Source: Lama glama
Lineage: Eukaryota
DNA length: 64,000 nt
NCBI GenBank assembly: GCA_028534125.1
Contig: CM052818.1
Span: 49,354,001-49,418,000 of the forward strand
Reading direction: 5' to 3'
Shown piece after piece: positions 1-12,835 of this stretch. Positions within the stretch are counted from its first letter, which is position 1, and every line of letters starts with the position of its first letter. Both the position numbers and the translations under genes were made by a program. The notes below the pieces were generated by a model. The model ran no database searches and was not told the DNA's origin. It worked only from the letters and a program-made list of their open reading frames with translations.

Positions 1-1145
1 CCTGTCACCAACCAGCACAGCTAGAAGAACCAGGAGAGAAACCTGGAGGCGGCCTAGGACAAGGGCGGAGGGTGGGTGACGGCTTCACAGCCCGCGGTTG
101 TAGACCTCAGTTCCGTAAACGTACTTCCAACCATGTGGAAGACGCATATGTGAACTCACAGCACGGCACGCGGACCCCGAATCCCAGTTCAGTCTGTGCC
201 GACAGGGCTGGGGTCCTCGGAGCATGCCAAGTGGGTCATTTCTCATTGGTGCCCCATGAGACCAGCTGAGGGGTCCAGTCTGAACAGCTGAAGAAACGGG
301 TACTCCAGTGACAAACACCGTCTCCTTGATCGAACCCCGGCTAGCTCCCCTGAGCCCTCTGCTCCGTCGGGCCACTGATCCACTCCCACTGGCAGTACCT
401 GGGACTATTTGGGCGTCAAGATACAACTGGTGTTAATGGATTATAACCCACTGGACAAAACAGGAAAATCCAAGTCCCTAGTGATATAAATAAGTAAGTG
501 AGGGACTTACCGGTTTGTTGAGGAAAGGAGTGTTTGAAGCACCAGCCCACAAAACACCTGTTCATCACAAAGTGTGAAAGAGGGAGTTGAAAATGGAGAT
601 ACTTGAGAGATGCCACCTGCACCGAGTGATCCAGGTTAACGTCATGAGCAGTGGGACAAACCAAAGCCACGTGCCACCGTTTAGGATGCAGTTAGGGACG
701 CGGCACCACGTCTGTTTCCCTGCCAGCATCCTCATCATGAGCGGACATCAGACAATTCCAAATCGAGGGCCACTCTACAAAATGAAAAAGCCGAAGTCCT
801 TAAAAGTGCCAGGTTTCTGAAAGTCAGGGAAAGACTGAGGAGCAGATTCAGCCTGTAGGAAATGAGAGAGAGAGCGTGACTCAGTAGCGTGCAACCCTGA
901 GACAGTTCCTTTTCTGTAAAGAACGTTGGTGACAATTGGAGGAGCTACTCTGACTTTGCAGATCTTCTGACTCATGACTGTGTCATGACATGTATGAAAA
1001 TATACTTGTTTGTATGAAAAATGCACCAGCATATCCAGGAGTGACAACGCATCGTATCAACAACTTACCTTCAAATAATTTTTTGAGTCATGTGTACTTG
1101 TAATTTTGCTGTAAGCTTGAAAGTGATGCACAATTAGCAAAAAAA
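1..1145 (+). mobile_element. Old L1 3' UTR fragment (L1MC/L1MD-like)
   Basis: The stretch 'cagacaattccaaatcgagggccactctacaaaat...aaagtcagggaaagactgagg' (~750-840) resembles the L1MC/MD 3' UTR as I recall it; A-rich end near 1140. Left boundary uncertain. Confidence 0.6.
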
Positions 1146-2177
1146 TGCACAGAAATAGAAAAATGTCTGCTCTGGGTGGACTGTGCCCAGTGTGGACTTT
1201 ACCGCCCTTTTAATTGATCTAACTCAGACACATAATAAGTAATTACTAAAAATTCACCAAATTAATACATGAATTAGTGAAGAAAGGAAATATTAACTCA
1301 TATTTCATAAACTTTAAGTTTACAAAATTAGCCTGCAAATATTTCTGACTGTTTTCTTTTTAAAAATCTTGTCAGCATTGGTAACTATTTACATAAGATT
1401 GAAATTAAATTTCCCCATCATGTTTATGAACTATTATGGTACATTCCTATATAAACGATATAATAAGCATAAATTCAGCTGCAGGCAACAAAAATCCAAG
1501 TCAATTGTTTAAACATACTGACCTACAGCCTCTCTCATAGTGAGAGATCCAGAGAAAGAGGGCTCTGGGTGTGGGTAAATCACTGGCACTTCTGTGTAGT
1601 CGGGGGGTCCAGGATTTCTGCTTTTCCACGACCCCTCTTCAGCACGCTGGCCCTTGTCCGCGGCTTGGTTCCCTGAAGGCTGCCGCGGCTCCGCACATCT
1701 CTTCATCATCCGGCCAAGTGTGTGTTCACCAAAGGAAAGTCCCCTTCACAGGACTCTTTATAAGACTGAGAAAAACTTCTCTCAGAAGTGATCCCAGGAA
1801 TTGTCACCTTATGTATCAGAATTATCATACGCTTTGACCTCAACCCAGCCTCGGCAAGGAGGAACCACCACACTTAGCTTAAAGCAACCAAACTTGGCAA
1901 AGACTGGTGGTGATGTCTTTCCCTGATCGCATGGCCATACCAAAGGTGGACACTGTCCAAAAAAGAAATTGAGAGCCCTCTACCAAAATAAGGGGATGGC
2001 AGCAAACCACTGGATTCGACAATCAAAAATTTTGCAACAGTGAGTAAAAGGGCAACGCTAAACAAGAGGGAAAATCATACACAAGGAGAACAAGCCAGCC
2101 TGAGCCGGCCCCGGACAGTCCCCACCGCTGCCTTTGCCACGACGGGCACCCTCTCTGCTGTGATTTCAGTAGACACC

Positions 2178-2183
2178 ACGCAC

Positions 2184-2215
<32 letters not shown>
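2178..2215. repeat. (CA)/(CACG)n microsatellite
   Basis: Read directly: cgcacacgcacacgcacacgcacatgcacacgcacac. Confidence 0.9.
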
Positions 2216-3269
2216 TCCCCTCACCTCTGTAGAAAAGCAGTATCTTTCCAGAGTAACCTACCCCGTCCTCTGTCCCCTGCTATCTCCCTCCCAATCTGAC
2301 TGAACACATGATGACAGAAGGCTTCAGAAACAGAAGAACCTGGTTAGTGTCTGACAGCGGTTCATTTGCAAAGTTGCACGTGAAATATATTTATATTACT
2401 GAGAAATGTTTTCTGAAAGAGGAGGAAGGGAAAGTCCCAGCTGCGTGTCACATCAGGCACCCGGAGAACTGGGACTCTGAGTCTAGTGATAGTCATACTT
2501 TCTAAAAGTATTTTGCAAGCAATCAAGGGCTTTAGTTTTTATTAAGTTTATTAAGTTTACAAAGTTTTATATTATTAATATATGTATCCATATATTTATA
2601 GTGTATCCCTTAAAGAGATCACCTAAGCATTTGCTTGTGTTAATCAGAGAAAGATAACTGGCAAATACAATAATTTTTAGATTAGAAATTTTATTCCAGT
2701 CCTATGAATAAGTGATTTTGTATGCATCTTTATATGCATTATCAACTGGTCTTTGTACAGTATATACCTGTGCAACCCGCTAGAGTCAAGACATCATTTA
2801 CTTTAACAAGCAGTGATTAGCCCCAGAAAACCATTCAAATTAACTGAATTAAAATTTGCTCATAAAAAAATAAAATAAATAAAAATAAAGTTTTCTCATT
2901 ATCCTTTCTGTGGATTTTAGAAGTAGGTCGTTCTTTATTCAATTTGTAATACTTTAAGCTAGGTTTATGTTATCTCATAGCACAACCTGCTTCTATTCCT
3001 TGAATGGAATGTATCAAAACTGCGCATGGCTATATGCACAGGGTGTGAGAGAGCGCCCGCTGGGAAGCGCGCAGTGTCTGTGCAGCCCTGGGTTACCTAC
3101 AGAAGGCTTTCAGAAAGTGATCTGTCCTTTCAGCTTCAAAGCAGCCCTGTGAGCCAGTCATTTTTTGCCCCAATTAAAAATATTAAGCTCAGAGACTTCA
3201 TGATGTGACTGAAGATTATTGATTATAATGGTAAAGATTAACAGTTCAGGTCCTGAGTTCTTAAACCTG

Positions 3270-3490
3270 CTGTACTATTTATAATTTAATGTGTATTATA
3301 GTACTATTATATTATTATTATTATAGCAATATAATATAATTAATATTTGTAAATTAACATATTATATTAAAATGCATGTCACATATTACCATGACACCAT
3401 TATATATTATATATTGTACAGTACAGATATGTTATATAAAATATTACCTATATTACATATGGTACTATATATAATACGTAAAGTATATAA
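3270..3490. repeat. AT-rich low-complexity tract
   Basis: Degenerate (TAT)n/(TA)n run, read directly. Confidence 0.8.
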
Positions 3491-5267
3491 AAGGTCAAGT
3501 AAGATTATAATGCAGTGAAAATCAGTATAAGAGTTCCTGCATATTTGTGTTAACATATGGCTGGTACGGCACTAGCTTACATGTAAAGTGTTTTAATTGA
3601 ATATAGATATTAAACCAGCTATGCTCTCCAGTAGCATACAAAATATGAACTGGTATCGCAAATGAATCAATTCAGTTGGTAGTGCACATAAACCTGTTTC
3701 TGTCTAAGAGCGCACAACTTTGTATAGAAACGTATAAATTTGGGTCAAATGCATTATTTTCTCCACGGTCTCATCACACATCAGATACGTAGGTTCACCA
3801 AAGATGGCTAAAGGAACTTCAAAGATACTTTCAATATGAAAGCATTGGAGGAAATAAATTGGATCCAACTGACTTTAACAACAGCCTTGTCAAATAGAAC
3901 AGAATTCTAATATTTCTTTCTGCTATGTATTAGTGAGGAATCTGTCTGATCAGTAAAAAAATAAAACCCCACAGCTATTATATCAAAGCAATTAGAACCG
4001 CAGTGACAGGAAAAAGTAGAATCAGATGTCTTTTCTGAAAGTTATTAAGTGGCCAAAGTATGTTTCTATGAATCTCGTGCCTGGGTTTGTAAATTTATTA
4101 AAATAAATGTTTATTCTTACAATGAAGTTAGTCAAGTTTATTCAGGCTTGATACAATCATGATAAAATCATATTACTTTCAAAGGAATGTGACAGTAAAC
4201 ATACAGAGCGGTGGCCACGTGACGTCACTAACGATGGTGAAAATTGTGAGGGTTGTGTACGAGCTCGTCTGCTGGGATGACCCACAGGCTTGGGGTCGCT
4301 CTCCTGTTACAAACTCCAGATGCAAACTGAGATTGGCTGGTGAGCTTGGCTGGTAGCACTGCACTGCGCAGATTTCACTAACGGACACACCACCAGAAAT
4401 TCTAAACTTACCAGTCGTAAGTTGTAAGAAGGAAGGTCCCTTTTCTTCCAGATTGTCAAGTTTTGTGTGGACAAGTAGGAAGAGTTGTGAGTGATGTGAT
4501 AAATTCCAGGTCAAGCCATAATTTTTCCATTGATTCTAGTTAAACATGTTCCCGGGTTGAGAACTGTCAGCTCCAGTCCGTGAAGCTGCAGGAACTGCAC
4601 GAACCTCCACTGCGGAGACAATTCTGCACGAGCGGAATGTGTGGCACACACAGTCCTCCAAATGTGCTCCGCCACTTTCTAAAGGCGGCGGCAGAGGTCA
4701 TGGAAAGATTCAGTCTCCTTGGCATACGTAGCACTGACACACTAAAGTCCACGCAGAACTAGCTCCTGTTTCATTTAAAGTGACCACCGTGCCTTCTTCG
4801 AGATCCACGTTCTACCCTTGGGCACCTGTCCATCCATCGGCTGCATCATGTCTGCTCTTACAGGCGTTCAGCTCAGCTCAGACACGTGCAGGGATGTTCG
4901 GGTGAAACAGCCCATCCCATCATCAGCCCCAAGGACCTCTCTATTGAGAGTCCGGATCATCACCTCCTAAAAACCAAAACCAAGCTACAAATTCCCTCAT
5001 CAGTCCTTGTTGGGACCTAGGCACATTTCACCCAAGCAGCATTAAGCAACTCCAGTGCTGCCAATGAACTGTATGGAATCTCCGTGGGCCACTCGGCTCT
5101 TACAGCGCCTTTGAAATTTTGCTTTACCCCAAGGCAAAGGGGGTGGGGTGAGGTGGGGGGAAACTTGCTTGAAGTAATTAAATGTTTTGCAACCAAACGA
5201 CCTTAGGTGAATATGCTCCTACGGATATTAACCATAAAAATGTAAATCTATTTGTGCATATAAACTT

Positions 5268-5287
5268 ATACACACACACACACACAC
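5268..5287. repeat. (CA)n microsatellite
   Basis: Read directly. Confidence 0.9.
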
Positions 5288-8200
5288 GTGTATAATGGAG
5301 GTGTAATTTTTTATAAACTTGGAAATTTTTCAAATATTTCCAGTTATACCTGAGTGAGCAAACTTTTGATCCCCCAACTGAGCTTGTGAGCTTCCTTGCA
5401 TCACACGCTAGATTCTAAAATAGCATTTCCCTGAAACTTTTGTATAAAGAAATAATTCTCAACAAATGCTAGAGTACGAAATTGTACATGATGTTCCATG
5501 ACCAAGAGTTTTCAAATTAATCTCTGTAGCAAAAACAAAAGTAATTTGCAGATGAATAAAAATATGTACATGAATCAGATATTTTGTTACATAATCTGTT
5601 AACAAAACTTCCGTCTGTTTGAAAAAGAAACACTCTTTGGTAATTAGTGGCTAACAGAATAGAAATCCCCACGTCTTTTGCACCATCCTTTGGAAGTATC
5701 AGGCCATATCCTCCTTACTGCCTGACAGTGACCAGCTGATTCTTGGCAGCACAGGCATTCTAAGCTGTATTAAGGCTTTTATGCACCAGACGTCCCTGGT
5801 CCTCACATAATTGTTCTGCTGTGTATCTGCAGAGCATGAATAGTGAGTACCAGGGACGCGGCACCCAAACACAGGCATAAAGACTGAGTACCAAGTCGAG
5901 TACGGTGGAAATCCTCCAAAATTAAATAAGTTCTACAAAATCTCCCTCCCTCTCTCTCTGTCTGTCTCTTTAAAATGCATTACGTATTCTCCCTACCCAG
6001 TACATTAATGTGTGTGGAATCACTCAGCCGTCAAACCATCATCAGCGCCCCATTTGGGTTAATGTTCATTGAGCACCTGTGTCTGTGCCAGACGGTAGCC
6101 CTGCATCTCTGTGCAGCAACTCACAACCGCCCCCACGTAGCCACTTCCTTTCCCACGTAACGGGCCCTGCTCTGAAGTCTCGGAGAAATGAGGACATCGT
6201 CCTAAAGAAACACAAGATGGCTACTTAATTCTGACTGATTCTTCAAGGTCTGTTTCATGCCCAAAAAATCTGCATTCATTCCGTCCTGCTGCACTGCCTC
6301 CCAGTCTTCACCTGGGTCTTCGGAATAAGACGGCTGCTTATTTTGACGGTACAGCCACCGACCTTGAACAGAAGCGTCGCTCTCCCGGGGCTGCTGGGTC
6401 CCTGGGAGACGCTGTGTCCTGAAGCGTCTACTTGTAAAACACTCCGCTGTGAGGTGTGTTTGTGAGTGTGAATGTGTGCGTATCAACAGGGAGTGGGGGG
6501 GGCAGGAGGGAGGGGCGTTCTGGCACGGCCTCCGTGGGTCTTTGCTGTACGACGCTGCGTCTTTCCTCTGGTCCTCCCTGCTAAAGCCCCCACGCGCCGT
6601 GAGAAGGAAGAAGACACGTTTCGAAGGAACGCGCGTTTTTGATCACAGTCAATATGTCCATCGTCATCACCTCTGGTCTCCCGTCCATGAGAGGCCAAGA
6701 GAGTGGAGACACCGCCAAGGCAAGAGGTTCAGAGGGACCATGACGCAGGCGACCCTCGCGGTGCACACGCGTCCGGGGCTGGGCTCCCGAGCGCAGGCTT
6801 TGTGACCAGATCCCGGTCATTCTCCGCTTCAGCAACTGTTTCCTCACACTTGCCCAGAGTGATCTTTTAAATGCAAATCTGATCGTGTAAATTCGCCACC
6901 TGCAGGTTAGTATCTAAACTCCTTAGCGTGTTGTACTCGACTGCTTGTGACCCTGCCTGTGCCCTCGGCCTCCAGGCCTGCTGCCCCGCGGCTGTCCTGG
7001 GCTCAGGGCTGCTGCTGGAACACACGTGCCCACGTGCCTCCGCCCCGGTGCCCGCCTCACCCTTATTATCCGTCCAGCAACGCATACCCATCCATCGGGA
7101 CTCGGCTGAGGAGTGAGCGGAGCCTGCCTCCCTGCTCTGAGCGCCACGTTCCGCGGGGGCTCAGTACTTGTGCTCAGTGCTCATTCAGAACATTTTTGGA
7201 AATGGAGTGTTGGTGCATTTAAGTCTGGGACAGGGTATAAACTCCTCAACCAAGTAATGCACAATTCTAGTTTTCTTAAAACGAATATAATTGCTACCCC
7301 CAATGTAAGCACCACCACCCACCATGGAGAGACTAAAGCAATTTGATCTTCCAACCTCACAGTTGTAAACAAATTGCTCCAAAGAGACTGGAGAATTCCC
7401 CAAGGACTTCTTTTCAGCCGGTGTCCTTTCTACACTCTGGGTCCTTGCCTAAGATCTTCAGTCCCTCCCCAGCCAGAGGCTCCCCAGACCAGCTGTGCGC
7501 AGGCACTGCAGACGTCCCCCACGGCTCCGCGGAGACAGAAGCGGCCACTTCGCTCCTCGGCAGGGAACGGGGGCTTCTCTCTGCAGCCCTTCCCTCAACG
7601 AAGCCGCAGGCTTACCGCCTCCTTTCTCATTCTCCATGTGTGCTTCCCTCCCCAACTCGGAATTTCAAATTATCTTCTCCTCTATGAAAAACAGAAATGC
7701 AATCCTCTTTGGTGTTTATTACCAGACATATACAGGGCAACCCTTCAGGTCATTCAGAACGACAGAGGATGTTACAATCTGTCTGTAGAAGGCAGGTGCG
7801 GTTGTGAGGGACAGGTTTCCTTTTCTGGCGTGTAACTCATTTTTCAAGCTCATTCTTGCTTCTGCCTGGCCTCTGCCTTTCCTTCCTTGCTGCATCGCCT
7901 CACCCCTGCACCTCTGCTCAGGAGCAGCCGCCTCTAGCAGCAAACCTGCTCTTACAGTTGTTCTGTTGTTGCTTCTAGTCTGCTCAGCAAATCTGCAAAA
8001 TAAAAGGCACATAGCGAGGCCTGAGGAGTTCTCTTACAAGGATAGGCGGTGCCGATGCACCCGTGGGGCTACACTCCCCCCGCCCCCACCACACACACAC
8101 ATACACAGATTCCTTAGGGCCCTTGTTACGCGTGGTCCTCCGTGTTCCTGAGAGGTGTGCAGTTGTGTTAATGTCGTCCAGAATTACAGTAGACCATCGT

Positions 8201-8477
8201 GCTAGCTGATCCAATAAAGAGGGTGTATGGTGAGACTGCAGACCAACGACTTCACCCCGTGTGAGGTTTAGATTTAAAATCAGGAGCATATTTGCAGATA
8301 ACAGGAGGATTTTCACAACAGAAGCAAGAGTTCAGTACACGGGTCCTTCTCTGATGCAGGTTCTCTCTCTGCCCTCTGACAGATTGCCTGGTCTGTCCTG
8401 TTGTCCGGAGAAATACCTGGCTTCTCGTACCAACCTAGAAATCAGCTATATTGTAATGGTAATAAGAATATGACAAA

Positions 8478-8590
8478 AAATGTGACCATGAATATATATA
8501 CGTTCATGTATAACTGAAAAATTGTGCGCTACACTGGAATTTGACACAACATTGTAAAATGATTACAAATCAATAAAAATGTTTAAAAAA
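8478..8590 (+). mobile_element. Extremely 5'-truncated young camelid L1 (3' end only) with 14-bp TSD
   Basis: aagaatatgacaaa at 8464-8477 and 8591-8604. The insert matches the 3' terminus of the L1 at ~56460-56570 in this window. Confidence 0.92.
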
Positions 8591-8695
8591 AAGAATATGA
8601 CAAACGATGAAACAATTGACATAGACCTCAGAACATAATCATTCAGGGAGACCAGCCATTCAAAGGGCCTGTGGGACAAGAAAACACTTGGTTGG

Positions 8696-8879
8696 AGTGT
8701 TTCTCAGTGTTCGTGGCGTATAAAACTCACCGAGGAACGTGTTTCAACAACCCTGTCTCCCCAGGGGCCGGGAGCCTCTGACTCGCTGGAATCTGGGCTG
8801 GGGACCAGGAGCCCACATTTTCACAGTCACCCCAAGAGAATCCAGCAGTCAGTGGCTCAGTGCACACCGGAAAACACTG
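8696..8879. mobile_element. MER5A-like hAT-Charlie MITE
   Basis: About 185 bp with terminal inverted-repeat remnants (gtgtttctc ... gaaaacactg); internal 'tctgactcgctggaatctgggctggggaccaggagcccacatttt' resembles MER5A. Confidence 0.7.
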
Positions 8880-11289
8880 CCTCAGGGCGTGTGTTTGGCT
8901 GATGTGAGGCCAAACCGGAGGACGTACACCCAGAATATGCAGGTCGCTGGGGAGCAGCCAGGGAGGCTGGGGCGTTAAGGAAAAGCCAAGCCTCAGGACT
9001 TCCGAAGCTTTGAAATTCCCGAGAGGTAGAATTCACAATTTTCCAGAAAGCGAATGTCTTTACTTTCTTCTTTTTTTCTAAATATGAATCCCACCTACTC
9101 CTGGTTTTACATTTCAGTATGACAGTTTGATCCATAATCGCTTCTCATCTCTCCTCTTGATCCAGGACATACCACCCGTCTTCTGTACGTTGACTGAAGA
9201 CTTTTGCTAATATCCATATTTACTACTAAAGTCTTGCTCACAACCTACCATAGAGTTTTTTTGTTGCTAAATTATATAGAAATTGTATAATAAATTCATA
9301 AAGCATGGGAATCAAGATAACTATATTATCACGAGGAGAAGGTCTTAGGTCCCAGGGACAAACAGCACCAGTATCTCGGCAGCTTAACCTCAGGACACTT
9401 CGACTTAGATTAGAGCCCCTTGTGGGTGCAGACGGTGCCCCAGGGCAGCCGTCCCCCGTGCAGCGTCTCAGGGGTGCAGGATGCTTCCGCCTCGGGGTCC
9501 CCAGCCGTCACCACAGCGCATTCCCAAGGCAGGCATAGGGGAAGGGCCTGGAGACGCGTGCCGGCACGTGGTGCCCTGGCTGGAAATGACCGTCGCTGCC
9601 CCTGCACAGACCCACTCCCCAGCCCTCGGGCTCGGCCTCCCCTATCTGCAGGGGGCCAGGAACGTGCCAGCTCCTGGCTGCGGGAAGGGCGGAGAACCAG
9701 CAGTGAAGGGGAAGGCTAGAAGAATTCCTTCCGTTACTTGCCTTTTCCACCTCTCCTTTCTCTCTTCTCTCTGAAATCACTTAGGTTGATTGTCTAAGTG
9801 TCCCCTTTGCCCTGATGTTACCTGGATGTATGTCTTCCGTTCTCCTGCCCCCCTGAATTCTGAAAGATTTTCATAGCTTTATTCCAGGTCACTCTTCAAA
9901 CCTGACTATCAACTCTTCAAACTCTAAGAACTTTCTTTTTGTTATTTGTCTATTTTCAAAACACCTTTTTTATGGTTTTGACAGATGTAATATCTTCCAG
10001 AATCAGTGCATATACATTTGGTCCATTGCTTTAAAAGCCATGCATACGTCCCTGCATGCGGCGACCCACGGCACGTCAGAAAACGGGAGGGCTGTCATTT
10101 AGCAGGGTACCGGTGGAAGTGCAGCCTCGGAGCAGCGTGGGCGCCACAACCACAGCGCCCAGCAGCGGGAGGCCTGCCTCCTACAGCTTGTGTTGACTTC
10201 TTCAGTTTTCTCCACATCCTGCAGCTTCTCCACCTCCCTGTCCAGCTCTCCTGCAGCGTCAGCCCAGGGGCCTCTTGTCCTTAAACTGTTACCTTCTGAC
10301 TCTTACTCCTGTTTCTTTTTCCTTATTCTTGGAGTCTGCCTCATGAAAACCCAGTGACTCATTTGAGAAGGAAAAAACACCCCTTTTGAATAAGGGGAGT
10401 GCACTGAACGGGCAAAGCCAGAAGTCTGTTTCCCGAGCAGGGGAGGGAAAATGTTAAATATGATGATTTTGCCCCCACAGTGTCCACAACGCCTCTGTGA
10501 CACGCACACCTGAGACCCTCTCTGCTCACAGAGCTACAGCTTCTCTTCCTGCGGGATACGTGGTAATTCCCCTCAGCACTTCCGGGGTTTCCAGGAGACA
10601 GATCTCGGTCGATGATATCACAGACCCATCACAGCACAAGGTTCAACGTTCGCATTTAATTTCCTCTCGATCCCCGAGCAGTGTCTTAAAGTTAGAGAAG
10701 CAGTGCTGAGGGAAGAGAACACGAGAGCAAGCAGCCGGCCCGCATCTCTGTTCCAGAACGAGCCCCCTCGGTGCCACCACTGACCCCTGCCTGTTCTGAA
10801 CACGTGGTATGTGTGGCCCAGCCACTGCAGGCCTGTCTTTACCAGAGTAAGCTGTTGGGGAGATTTTTTACCTTGGGCCCTGGAAATCCAAGTGGATGAG
10901 GTGGAAAATATTTTCATTCCTAAATATAAGTCCTTTCTTATTTTTATTCCACCCTCTCTGGCCCCTGGCCCTCTCTCTGTCTCTCTCTCTCACCATTCTG
11001 GTCCCATCAATGTGATCCCTCCAGCTGAAATGCCAGACTCCTGTACTGAACCCTGAAGAAGTGCATGTGTACCATTTCCCACGTCTTGAGAAACAGATAG
11101 CCTGTAGAAATGTAATGTTTTCAAAATATTTTGTCATGACCGCTTTATCCTAAGACCCAAAGTTGCAGCTTTATTCTCATGGGAAAACATCCACGCAGAT
11201 CGAGCTAAAATGTGTCTGTCAGCCAATCCTTCCCCCCATGCGGCATCAAAATCCTCTTGTCATACAAAGAGGATTCTAATTTGTTGAAG

Positions 11290-11345
11290 GAAAGAAAAAC
11301 AAAGAAAGAAAGAAAAGAGGAAGGAAGGAAGGAAGGAAGGAAGAG
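11290..11345. repeat. (GAAA)/(GGAA)n purine-rich simple repeat
   Basis: Read directly. Confidence 0.85.
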
Positions 11346-11829
11346 AGATTAAGTATTCACAAAAGCCGAAAACCAAACTAATTTCTAATTTGTCATCGTG
11401 TAAGGATTACATTGTATTTTTTATTTTTGAAATGTCTTAGCGTAGCTTACTGCTGTAACGTCACACATTCGCTTGGTTTGTTTCCCAGGCTCAGATAGCA
11501 CATGTTCCTGTGATTTGAAATGGTGTCAGAATCATCTCAGTGTCTCATAGTTTCTGTATCATTTCACAGTGGTAGCTGGGTGTCCTGAATTTAGTTCCCA
11601 AACCATGAAGCGTGCAAGGCCCTTGGAGCTGTGGCACACATGGCCCATTTGGAGTTAGTATGATGGGGGAAAATGAACAGCGGTGCTTGGCTATCAGCCT
11701 GTCTGAGGCTGACTGTCTGGGGTTACAGCTGACCCCAGTTTTCAAGCAGACAGGCGCATTTCCCACAGCCGGAATTTGTGGTTCCCATTTAGGATTTATT
11801 CTCAGTCAGCCCTTTCTATCCTGTGGACC

Positions 11830-12830
11830 TCATCAAAGTTAAAAACATCTGTTCTTTGAGTGATTCTGTGAAGAGAATGAAAAACAAGCCTCAGACTCTT
11901 AGAAAGTGTTTGTAAATCACATGTTTCTGACAAAGGACATGTATCTATCATATATAGAGAATTCCCAGAACTCGGTTAAGAAGACAAATGTCAGTGGAAA
12001 AAAGAGTGACACATTCGAACCCACACTTCACAAAAGAAGATGTACTGGTTACAAAGAAGCATATAAAAAGATGTACAACATCATTTGTCTTCGAAAACGC
12101 ACAAGTTGAAAAGCAGTGTGATAGAACCCTACACCTCTGAGAAAGGCTAAAATCCGAAGGAGAAAGGGAGGGAAGGGCAACACAGAACACTGCCCGAGCC
12201 GCAGACCAGCCCTCCGCAAGGCTGGTGCGCCCGCGGTCGGGCACAGACGGGAAGCACAGCAGGGCGCGTTCTTAAGGAAACACTTTCCTGTCGTGTGAAA
12301 AACCCATTCCATTCTTTTTTGTTTGCTGAGTGTTTGTTTTTACCCAAGATAAGTGAAAACGCTTACTCATGTAAAACTTGTACATCACATTCATAACCGC
12401 TTTGTTGGTAACAGTTCAAAGCTGGAAACCACTAGACTGCCTAACAAAAGGTGAACAGGTACACAAACTGTGGTGTATCCATACAGCCAATACTTCTCAT
12501 AATTAAAAAAAGAAAATGAAATAATGATGGATGCAGCAACGTGCACGGATCTGCAAGAATGAAACCCAGTGGAGGAAGAGACCCTTTCCCCAGCCCAGAG
12601 GGAGAGCGTCCCACGTGGATCCATCATGTGCAGACGACTCTTGGAAACAGAAACACGTCAGAAGGTGCCTGAGGATGCAGGAGGGTCTGCAAGGAGGGAC
12701 GGCAAGAAAGTGGGGCAGATGGATGTTCAGTATCTTGACTGTGGTGCTAATGACTCTGTTGTATAAATACGCTAAAACATCAAGTTTTACAGCTTGAGTT
12801 GTGTCGTTTATTATGTATTTACCTCAATTA
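11830..12830 (+). mobile_element. Old L1 (L1MB/MC-like) ORF2 end plus 3' UTR
   Basis: Decayed ORF2 C-terminal region (atcaaagttaaaaacatctgttct; cacttcacaaaagaagat; caaactgtggtgtatccatac) and a typical end 'atgtatttacctcaat'. Confidence 0.8.
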
Positions 12831-12835
12831 CGCCT

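Noticed and set aside
4412..4535. 124-nt minus-strand segment open in one frame (NQWKNYGLTW...LQLTT) ending in a perfect donor
   Set aside because: Weak acceptor, no recognisable protein and no convincing downstream partner exon; kept only within the low-confidence transcript candidate.
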